A stretch of 55,848 bases of DNA, counting the filler, from Platydemus manokwari (taxonomy: Eukaryota): assembly GCA_037951405.1 (NCBI GenBank). It is 5 parts of 5 records of this genome, joined end to end, with 100 filler letters (N's around TTAATTAATTAA, not from the genome) between each part and the next. Parts side by side here need not be neighbours in the genome. Positions count along the whole stretch, not along the records: positions 26,243 to 35,084 come from JBBMOY011340649.1; positions 35,185 to 45,701 come from JBBMOY011127219.1; 3 more parts are not named here. One strand, 5' to 3'. The notes beneath the pieces are model-generated. The model did not search any database. It saw only the letters and a list, made by a program, of their open reading frames with translations, and was not told where the DNA came from. A program made the translations under genes and the position numbers. Below, one piece after another: positions 26,243 to 37,046 of this stretch (positions are counted from its first letter, which is position 1; every line of letters begins with the position of its first letter).

Positions 26243-28694
26243 TCATTCTAATTTGGTTTATCATATTCATTATTGTTGGCTTTGTTCTGCCATTTTTGAT
26301 CATACCTATAAATTATTGAATTCTGAACATAATAACATAGGTAGGCTGGTAGTGTACTCAGACAATGAATCTCATAGTGTACTAGAGGGCGAAAGGATGC
26401 AATGACTTTCAGCCTATACAAAGTATGGAAAGAGAAAAACGACGAAACGGATTCGATAATCTATCAAACTATATCGAAGAAATATAGGTTGATGAACAAG
26501 GAAACTGATATTGAGAAGTAAGTTCACAATACTTGGTAATTGTTGTCCAGCCTGAAAAGACCTGAAAAGAAAATAAAAGAATTTGAAGTAAGAAGAATTG
26601 CAGTGTCTATCTAGATGCTTAAAGTTAATTCCACCTGAAGTCTTCAAATTTGAATTCCAGTCTTTGAATGCTAATTCTTCCAATTATAACGCAATTATCC
26701 TTTTGATTCAAATCTAATTGTTGAGTTGGGGTCCAATCGACTTTATTTCTATAATAATAATTATTATTCTTGGTACCTTTAATCAATGCCTGAGTCTTAT
26801 TAACACTCCGGAATTTGCAATTAACATTATATTATGATTCTGCTTAGCATCGGTAACTAATAATCCACATATGAAGACTGGATGAGCGGCTCTAAACACA
26901 GCGCTAATTAACCCTAATATTCATCATTGTTAATGTTATATTGAATTATTTGATAACCATTAATTATTTACCGATAATTATCTCTTTCGTATTGCAACTA
27001 AAATCTTCGTCTGTTACACGGATTACCCTGTTAATTGCTGAGGCTAGATACGGGACATTTAAAAGACATTTTTGTTGTTATTTTTTGATATTAATTGTTG
27101 AACCTTCTGTTTCCTAACTAATAAATATTTGAAAACTCATATTTGACTTTTGATTTACTAGCGATCACGATTCATCATCATACCACCAAAGTGTGTAAGG
27201 GCAGTCAAATTACAATTGAAATTGATTTAGGATAGACTACTAATTAGCGCAGTTTTTGTAACTGCATCATTATCATTTCAGGCTCAGAGCAACTCAGTTT
27301 CCTCCGTGCTCAATTATTAATTTAAAATCGAATTTTTTTCCAACAGCTTGGTCATCATACCAGTTGTTGAAGCCTCCAGAACCAGCAAAAATATATAAAA
27401 TCATCCGTCAACAAACAATTTGTTTAATATTTTTAGTATATCCTTTTATATATCTTGTTATCAACTTTCCTTTATTTGACCTGCTTAGCAAAATCGGTTG
27501 CTAATTTTGTTATTTTTCTTTGGTCTTCCATATGTGTAATTTTTCTGTTCTTTGTTTTTAATTTAGGTAAAAACTTTGTTACCGATATTATTTTCTTTGT
27601 CGTGAATGATCGTGGCCCATTTATATCACGATGTTTTGTTATTTTAATAAGACTTTCGAACAAAGCCTAAATAAAAATATGTTTGATCTTTTGAAGATAT
27701 TTTATTTTCATGTATTTATTATTATTATTTTGCTAAATATATTAATTGTGTTGTCATCTCAGTGGAACGAAATGCATAATTTTACTCATGTAAATATAGA
27801 TGAATTACCCTCGCGTAAAAAAGTAATCACCTGATCCATGTTTTATTTTATTGGACGAAACTCTGATAGGGGCTAGGCCCTTGTGGGTGTAAATTAAGGT
27901 TGTATATTGTTATTTAAATGTAACTTAGTGTGAAACTCTGTTTGGTTTTTGCAGTCAGGTTATTAACGAGAACTACATCCAGTAGACCCAACATATACAA
28001 AAATTAAGAATTAAGGATAAAAAATAAAATTTCTTTACTAATAAATGTTAAAATAGAGGTTAATATAAATACTTTAATTTAAAATTAGATAATTCCTCAA
28101 ATAAAGCAATGAATAATGAAACCATTTACCAAAAATGATTTAAAAGGATTAATAACGACATAAGGTACAAGCTACATAAGTTTGATAAGTTTGATAACTA
28201 TAAGTTAGATCTACCCTCGATTTAATCACCCAAATATTATATAAAAAATTACAATATTTAATATTCGAGTGGAGCTAGCAGATAATGCATTTTGTTTATT
28301 AAAAGTAAGTGAGTTAATAAATAATACAGTCAAATGATACTCCATTTTGAACAAATGTTACGTTTTGAGGTAACTCTCTTTTCTGGTTTTATTATTCTTT
28401 CTTATTGATTGATCGATTCTACGTCTTATCAGTACTCTAAGTCCGTCTTGATCCTCAGGTAGTATTATGACCTTATGTGTTTGGTGTTTATTCGCCTCGA
28501 CAATCACGACTTATATGGAGATAATCAGATTGGCGTGGAAATTGATTTTTATTTTTGTAATTGCCTCTATTATTGTCTTATTTATGGTATTGATTTTTTG
28601 ATTTTATTGATTCTTACTATCAATCTTACTTAATAATGCACCAGAGTAACTTTAAGAGGTGATGAATGATAATGAATTATATACATTATGAAAT

Positions 28695-29692
28695 TGTGAT
28701 CTCTTAGGCTTACTGGCAGAATTAAAACAAACTCAATGCTTGTATTACAATGATTTATTATGCATTACACTTATACACCAATTACTACTTCTATACAATT
28801 ATGGGCTTATAAATTACTACTTTTACTGTACTGTATACAATTATTAACAATGAACACAATATTCAAATGATTTTACTACTACTTCTATTCACATAAACAA
28901 CGGGATTTATATACAATTCAGGGAAGCAGATGTTGGACAAAACATTTACCCTTCGTGCTATTGGGTCAGTGTCCTTTTCTTCAGAGGTTTTTTCTAGCTC
29001 GGCTCGATAGATAGGAAGAATATGCGTTATATATAATTGAATATATGATTTTAAATGTATTATCTTACTGTTTGTTCTTCCAGTAGAAAATACTGGCAAT
29101 ATCCTAATCCCCGTCCGGCAATGAATCGTCGATGTTACTTTCGGGTTCTTGTAAAAATCTGCTTATCTTGTTCTGATGTTCTCGTCTTGTATATCGTACC
29201 CTTATATTGTACCCTTTATTGTGCGCTTTAATGATTACAGTCACCGCCTTATATAGGCAGCGGTGAGTCATTCACAGATATTACCTGTGAATTTAATTTA
29301 ATGCCGTGCATATATGTTTAATGCACTATGATTTATCGTGGCAGAGAGAAATTCTCTGAAATTAATTCCATTACGGCAGAAAGAATTTCTCTGCGAATTT
29401 AATGGATGGTAATTTATTTTATTTAATGCATGGCTATTTTTTATTTCAGCTGGATATTTTATTCGCAATGCGCGATAATTTATTGCGCTGGATTATTTCA
29501 TAGATAAATTCACTACGTGTTTTGTTTTAATCAGTGAATTTATTATATGGTAATTTTAATATATTTAATTTTATTATATCAGTACCGGGTTTTTTATTAA
29601 TTATAGGGATTATAAATTAGGGTTTAAATTATATATTATATTATATTATAATATATTATATATTAATATATATAATATTCCCTTCAGTCACA
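28695..29692 (-). repeat. Putative 3' LTR (~1 kb)
   Basis: Termini TGTGA...TCACA. TATATAAG box at ~29250 preceded by TGACTCA, AATAAA near the 3' end (~28755), weak purine-rich tract (CAGGAGAA) just upstream. It lies ~550 bp downstream of integrase. No second LTR is available to confirm. Confidence 0.6.
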
Positions 29693-30251
29693 AAATTCTC
29701 CTGAATTTTCATAAAAATGTTTTTCATGCAATAATAAAAATTATACATTAATGCATGCAATTAACGTTAAAAAAATTGTCATAAGCCCCAAAACCCAACA
29801 AGTGGTTCAGTTGTAACTTTATTTTTAATTTCTCTCTTTCATACGTGAATTGTCAGAAGAGAGTTCGGCCATCCGAAATCATAATTAGGATTAATCCAAA
29901 ATGCGGTTTTACACGAGTATCGTCTATCCTATGTCAGATCATTAATAATTAATTTTTCATTAAATTCGTCTAATAGAAATACTTTGATGTATGAGCCAAT
30001 TTCGGATAGTTATTAGATCGTGAGTTTTATATATCCAAATAAAATGAGTGTATGAGGAATAAATTTTTAATCATTCAATTAATTCGATTTCTAATATTGA
30101 TGAAATCAGTGTAGCTATTGCGTGATCAATATTAAATAAAATTATAAAACATGAAAAGTAATAAGCTGCAAAACGTTCTTGAAGTGCCTACTCGTGTCGT
30201 TACATTACCTGTCGTTCGTGACTTACCTCGCAAAGGGTCATTGATGGTCGT

Positions 30252-30960
30252 CTACTTCAGACATTTTTGACATCGATTAACGTGAACGACAATAGTTTCG
30301 GCATTTTTCGGTTTAAATTGTTTTATTTTCAAGTTCGTTGGGGTTGCATCACAAACAGTGTATGGGCCTTTATGTGGCCTGTTTGATTTCTGAAATATTC
30401 TGCAGATATTTTCTGGTCGAACTAGATAAACTAAGTCCTCTGTTTTGATTTTATGTTCATGTGCTTTCTGATCATAAGCGCCTTTATATTGGTCCTGTTC
30501 ATATATTTTAACCAGCTTTCGGCCAAACAAATTATAATCTTTCTTGTAATAGCGATTTATAATCCGCTGTTTCCATATACTGCGTTATAGGTTCCTGATA
30601 ATTTAAATCTATAGCGACTATTTCTGCATTTTGATTTTTAATTGCGAAGGCTTCCGGCCATTTTGTCAAGTAATAGCAAAATACAAGAATATATTTATTG
30701 CCGTTATTCCGGAAATGCTCCAACTATGTCCATCGTTGTTATTTCCATGGGTGTAGAAGGTGCTGGCATGGGTATCAATGATACTTTAATTTGTGCTCTA
30801 GTATTCCGTCTGGTTATGCATATTTTGCAAGATTTACACCAGATTCTGACATCCGGTCCAATTGCAATCCAATAATATTTTGATTTTAAACTAAATAATG
30901 TCTTTTTAGAGGATAAATGACCTCCTAATCTATCGTCATGGTACTTCATGAGTAAAATAT
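30252..30960 (-). pseudogene. Gypsy integrase remnant
   Basis: HHCC finger YHDDRLGGHL...YYW...VRIWCKSCKIC; core start MDIVG...GNKYILV...LTKWPEAFAIKNQNAEIVA. The rest of the DDE core is deleted. C-terminal GPYTV and VVHVNR motifs are present. Confidence 0.9.
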
Positions 30961-31279
30961 GTTTATGTTTTTCACGTACTACTAATAATATATCCTTACC
31001 GGCATAATATTTTAATAAATCTTTATGTATAAAATATCTGGGTTGTATTAATTGTTTTGGGTCTACATTGCAAACTCGTTTTTACAATGACGTTTAAATT
31101 CATTTAAATTCAGTATGATTTTTCTTGATCCTCCTTAAATTTATCCATGCTTGAGACATCTCTCGCTCTCATTAAAATAGAAAAAAAAGGTTTTTCTATC
31201 ATCAGTTTCATCGTCCCTAATTCTTCATAGTGTACATGTGTTGGCATTCGATTTTTCAGATCTATACCTAATTTGATTC

Positions 31280-32360
31280 ATAAGCCATTCTAGGGGATTA
31301 TGATCTGTATATAATATTATTTTATGTTCTAATAAATATTGTCGAAAGTTTTACTGCAAAATTGATTGCTGATGCTTCTTTTTCTATAGTTGAATCATTT
31401 TTTCATGTTTTTTCGAGGCTCTACTAGCTTATGCAATAACGTGATCCTTTTCGCCATCATCTTGCTGTCCCAATTCAGGGCCAATAGCAAACCCACTTGC
31501 ATCTGTCATTACAATAAAAGATTTCTTCATATCTGGGTTTTAATAATTGAAATGCTTTCATTATTATTAAGCAGTGTGTTAATAGGCTGAGCAATATGCG
31601 AGAAATTTTTTATAAATTTCCAATATTAATTAATAAGACCAAGAAAATATTTAACTTCATCAACATTGATTAAGGTTTTAAACCTTCCTTAGAAATAGTA
31701 TCACCAATGTATATGACCTCTGACTTGGCCCATTCGCATTTAGAAGCTCTAAATTTAAATTTTTGTATCTTAATCTTTTAAAAACTTTTTTATATCAATT
31801 AAATTTTCTTTAAAATCTTTAGAAAAATAATAATGTCATTGATATAAACTATAGCATGTGCGACATCCATGAGTATGAAATCCATAGCTCTCTGAAAATT
31901 TGCAGGAACTTCCATTTATCCAGATGGTAATACATTAAACTCAAAAAGTCCATCATCGTCCACGAACACTGTTTTAAATTTATCCTCCTCCTTTATTGCA
32001 AATTGCCAATACCTTTTGTTTAAGTCAATAGTTGAAAATACTTGCGAATTTCCTATTTTATCTTAAATAGTTTGTGGGAGCGGTAATGAATAAGTATCTT
32101 TTCTAGTGACAACGTTTAATTTTTGATAGTCCACACACCATCTGATGCTACCATCTTTCTTTTTTACCAATACCGGGAATACTAGGAATGCCCATGCGGT
32201 AAAACTGGGTTTTATAATTTTATTCTCAAGCATTTGTTGCTTTTGTCTTCTACTTTCTTCCAAGTGCGCGTACGGTGTAGGGTACGGTCTTATTATTATT
32301 GGTGTTTCATTATCTGGTAATAATGGTATTTTATGTTCAACCACGTGAGTGCTACCTACT
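31280..32360 (-). pseudogene. Gypsy reverse transcriptase + RNase H remnant
   Basis: HKIPL...RPYPTPY...PVLVKKKDGSIRWCVDYQKLNVVTRKDTYSLP; FSTIDLNKRYWQ; GLFEFNVLP; VYINDIIIF (YxDD changed to YIND at 31846-31835). RNase H: FIVMTDASGFAIG...STIEKEASAINFAVK...IIYTDHNPL. Confidence 0.92.
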
Positions 32361-32719
32361 TCAAATTCATGTTTAGCTGTTATATCATCATATCGCTTAA
32401 TTAACAATTTTAATTTTAATTTTTGATTTTCATTTATAACTTCACTATCAATTTTTATATCATCATAAGTTTTTGTTGGTATTTTCCTAATAGTCGGTTC
32501 AATATCAAATATAGTTGATAATCCTCCGAGACGTGTATTAGGATTAAGTGTTACCATTCTATTTTCAAAGTTAGATAACCTAACTGGAATCTTTTGATTC
32601 TCTATCAATACAAATTCAAAATAAATTGGCATTTCATATTTTTATATAAATTGTTGGTTTGGTTCAAATAATAAACATCATTTTTCTGTTTCGGATGTGC
32701 TAGCATAATATACGATCTC

Positions 32720-33110
32720 TTAACGTGGTGGTATAATTAACATAGTATCTAAATATTCTTCATTAGATTTATGCATTAATTTCCGAGAAGTGACTTCGAC
32801 AAGATTTCCTATTCGAAAATCTAATACTATGTTTCCACGTCGTTCTAGCATATCCATTCCTAACAGACATTTAAATGGGCAATCGCCTATCACTACCACA
32901 ATGTGTTGTATTATTTTTCCCATCATTTCAATATTTACAATAGTTCCCCTACCGTTTGTGGTGCTGACCTTGATATGGTTTTTATACTCTCTTCTCCTCA
33001 AACTATATTTCCTTCTTCCTTTTGAGTCAGAAAGTCTCTTGATACTATAATGATATTTAATTCTGAGTCAACAATTGCGTCAACCTTCCTGTCATTTAAC
33101 TTAGTGTCAT
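32720..33110 (-). pseudogene. Retroviral-type aspartic protease remnant
   Basis: TKLNDRKVDAIVDSELNIIIVSRDFL (catalytic DSG changed to DSE, 33069-33061) and C-terminal CPFKCLLGMDML. Confidence 0.8.
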
Positions 33111-33489
33111 ATATACATATGAGCTAGGTATCCCTAGTTGATTTCTTCTCTCTACGTCCCAATTTATTCTTTTTTTATTTCTGGAGTTTCCTTTAAGATT
33201 GATTTCATCTCTTTTAATTCAGTTAAAGGGTAAAATGGTCGTGGTGGTTTGAATGTTGATGGTATAAATAATTCATTAAAACGTGATTTATTTTCTTTTT
33301 CTAAATGCTCTAATTTTGATAAGGTTCCCGAATCTTTCCAATTTGGTACCGATATGTCTGAATTTGTGATAATATTGTCATCGTCCCTTGAGTTAGTGTC
33401 ATTATTTTCATCTTTTGGTAGAGTGTCCTCTGAAATCGAAGATGTACTAAATCTTACTTTCCTTTTATTTCTCATTTCAGATTCATTTC

Positions 33490-34660
33490 TTCATGTTGAT
33501 GATTGATTATAAATAAATTAGCTCAGAATGGAATACATCCTAAGATTAATTTCCATGAACCGCCTACCATGCTATAAGTAGATAATATTTGTGCACTAAA
33601 ATGATACATACACTCCTATCAATCCGGCACAGGCTTGTCCGAATAATATGATCTGGGCCTAGCAAGTATTCGTAATTTGCTTGACTGCTTTCTCTTGGTA
33701 AAATAGTATCAACGAATTCTATTATTACGCGTTCTCTCTTTGCTGGGAATAGTAAGTTACGTCTGGCTTCCTCTAAGTCCTCTGGTGAATACATTCCCGT
33801 AGCAGCCAAATTATTTAAAGATGTAAAATTTATTAGGTATTTTAATTTAGTTAGTTCCAATTTTTCAGGTGGTTTAACTATATTTAGTAGCGCAATCCAA
33901 TGGTCGGGCGTTATTCTGTATAACGGTGCTAAAATAGGGTTAAATTCTAAATTTTTGGGTTTCGTTCCTTCTTCCAAGATAATTCGAGTTATCGGTTTTA
34001 TAAAACGTAGTTTCCTTCGACATTGATTAGAAGTTTCATATTTCATTATTTGGATTGATATTTGTAGCTATATAGTGCCTCGCTTTAAACGCTACCAAAT
34101 ATTCCAATTTGGGGCAAACCAGCATAGGTGTTACTGCATTTGAGTTTGTTAAGGCCATCGCCATTCTATTTCGAAGAATTTCTCGGTTTAGTTGACTTTC
34201 GTTTAATTTAACCTCTTGATATATACTAACAACTGTATTTTGGCCAAAATGAAAAGTATAGTCTAATTTAATATTAAAATATTGGGCCAAATTTATATCG
34301 CCATTATTGACTAATTCCTTGGCACTTTCTAATTTTGCTTTCGATATATATAATCCTTTATAGTTGATCTGATACACTAATTTACCATGTTTTGCCACGG
34401 TGTCGTTTCTGATAAAACACATTCCGTCTTTAGTCAAGGTTGACATTAAAACAGTTGGAGTTCGTTTCGTTCTTACTATGATGCCCTTTATCTTTAGGTG
34501 TTCGATCGGAAGGTAAGTTGTTAATAACTTCATTTACTCGTTCACCCTTAACTTCCATTAAATTAGTTTCTTTTAAAAATGCCAAATTGCAATCTTATGA
34601 CATTATATACCAGTACTGACTCACAGGTTTGGCAACTTTTATGTTTTGAGTTACAGAATG
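33490..34660 (-). pseudogene. Envelope glycoprotein remnant, chuvirus G / herpes gB-like class III fusion protein (C-terminal half with TM region)
   Basis: Motifs recognised by eye as chuvirus-G-like: INLAQYFNIKLDY...SIYQEVKLNESQLNREILRNRMAMAL (central helix); FIKPITRII; NPILAPLYRI...W; NLAATGMYSPEDLEEARRNLLFPAKRERVI; then frameshifted membrane segments LFGQACAGLIGVY and YSMVGGSWKLILGCIPF. Confidence 0.8.
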
Positions 34661-35084
34661 AATGAGTTTACATTTGACTGTATTATGGTAAGATAATAAC
34701 CGCTTCGTACCTCAACTTTTCTGAAATCCTTCTTCTGATTCTCTTTACCTTTGTACAAAAATGCTCTTTGAAATTCTTCATTTCAACTCTTGATTTCATC
34801 AAACTGATCTCAAAAAGAAGGTACATTTAAGCCTTCCTTTTTCCATATTTTTCCACAAAACGTGAAAATACTTCTGAAAGTAGAATTAATAGGTAAACAT
34901 TGTTCTATATACAGTATCAACAAATATTTTAACTCACTCAAATTACGAAACATTGATATATTTACCGTAATAATTTCTAAAATTTATAATTTATTATAAT
35001 ATTCATATTATAGATAACTATTTAATAAATCATAACGATGAAAGAACTGGTATATTATCTTCTGATATTCTGAGAAAACTAAAG

Positions 35085-35184
35085 NNNNNNNNNNNNNNNN
35101 NNNNNNNNNNNNNNNNNNNNNNNNNNNNTTAATTAATTAANNNNNNNNNNNNNNNNNNNNNNNNNNNNNNNNNNNNNNNNNNNN
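35085..35184. other. Artificial contig spacer
   Basis: Same pattern. Confidence 0.95.
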
Positions 35185-35202
35185 TATTGAATAATATGGA
35201 AT

Positions 35203-35270
35203 TTATTATTATTATTATTATTATTACATTGTTATTATTATATTTATTATTATTAATATTATTATTATTA
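35203..35270. repeat. (ATT)n microsatellite
   Basis: Visible trinucleotide run next to the contig end. Confidence 0.7.
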
Positions 35271-37046
35271 TAACTGTTGCTTTTGCTAAAATCTAAATAT
35301 TGATTATTCGATATTAACTTATTCAACAGGCATGTTCCTTCCTATATATTTTTTTCCAATCCTAGTTGATCAATTATATGCAATACACGCTCGCTTAATT
35401 CTACATTTTTAATAAGAGAATGTTTTATAACTTCACAAAAATGTTCAATAAACTTTATTGTTTACAGATAATTCTCTTGAATTTTGACTCAATTTTAATT
35501 AGTAGTCAAACGAAGAGGAAAACTGGATAACAAATTTCCATTCAACATTTAATCGATAGATTTGGGAATGTATTATAGAATACGTTGTAAAAACCTCATT
35601 TATGGCAAGTTATCAAGGTTTATTAGTTCGGGTGATAAATTCTCATCAATGTAGTAGTGATTGTCATACTTTGAAAGTGTACTCAAATTAATCCATTCAC
35701 TTAAGTTCATATTTGCCCTCTAATTCTCGGAATTTAGTGATACTTTGACATTAGAATGGTTTAGGTTATTAAAATCATTTCCTATAAACCATTTGAATTA
35801 AAATTTTGAAAATTATTTCATTTCATTGCTTTGGTCCATGAATTTTCCGGAATGTTTTAAGGACTTCAACGACGGCAAAGATAATTTTAGATTATTTCTA
35901 TTATTTTCTAAAATAATTAAAAATATTAGGTAATTGTTTGATGTTATGATATCGTCACTAAATTTATAGATACTATTCAAGTGAAAAATAAATAACTTTT
36001 ATAACAAATAATAATACATATTCAAAGTTCAGATCATCATGACAATTGACAATTTTCGAAAGTGTTTAACACACCACCACATCAATGATCTGTGATTTAC
36101 CGAATTCCGATTTGTCATTCATCAGATGAAGTTGCAATTCTGTGAACATTGAATCTACAGAACAAATTGATGTTTGGGTAACGTTTTCATGGTATAATGG
36201 AACGATTATAAAATTTTTATTCTTAGAATAAATTATTTTGCCTTTTTCAATAAGGTGTCCTAACCGACTTGGTATTCTGAAATCGATCACGAAATTTAAT
36301 TGAATTTCTTAACTACAGATTGAAATTTATTAATATTAATAATAAAAAAATAATTATAAGTAATAATAATAATCAATAATAAATATTACTAATATACAAA
36401 TAATAATAATGATAATTATATTATTTTTAGAATAAATGGAATTTGTTACTTAATAAATCAGATGTTTACATTTCGGACCTCTACTCAGTTATCGATGGAG
36501 ATCGAGAATGGTTTTTAATTTTAAAGGAATTGAGTATTTGATATTTATTGAGATAACTTTAGCAAACATGACATTGAAACCGTAAGAATCTTTGCCAGAA
36601 TACAATAAAAAAACTGAAGAAATATGTATATTCATTAAGACAAATATTTATTTACGGAAACGTTTTTGACGGGTTAGAGCAACTGAATAGATTTCAGCCT
36701 CTATTTCAATTCATCATTTAACCAATTAAGTAGAATATTTCCAGATTGAAAAATTAAATATAAATACAATATAATTCTCCTTTAAAGTAAAAAATATATG
36801 GGATTCGTGTTTATATAATATATTCGAACAAAAATATAACATTTCTTAGAAAATAAATCACTGCCTTCTCTACGCAAAAGAAAAATAAAAAATCATATAT
36901 CGCTTTATATTCGTGCTGGATATATATAAGCATACGGAAAATCTAAAATTTTTTTGAAAAATATTAATAAAACTCTTCTTCACTTGTAAAATTCCGTTCG
37001 TTACATTCGTACTTTCAAATAATCAGCATGGGAGAATTATAACATT

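Larger units (their letters stand above)
28695..34660 (-). mobile_element. Decayed Ty3/Gypsy LTR retrotransposon with gB/chuvirus-like env; order env-PR-RT-RH-IN-(extra frame)-3'LTR; 5' end missing
   Basis: All domains are on the minus strand in Gypsy order (IN after RH), with many stops, frameshifts and deletions. See sub-features. Confidence 0.88.

Noticed and set aside
35470-35790. Alternative genetic code (TAA/TAG = Gln) to explain in-frame stops
   Set aside because: Conserved genes here (SEC61G, the Tudor gene, CFAP92) end in TAA/TAG and long CDSs contain no internal stops, so the standard code applies.
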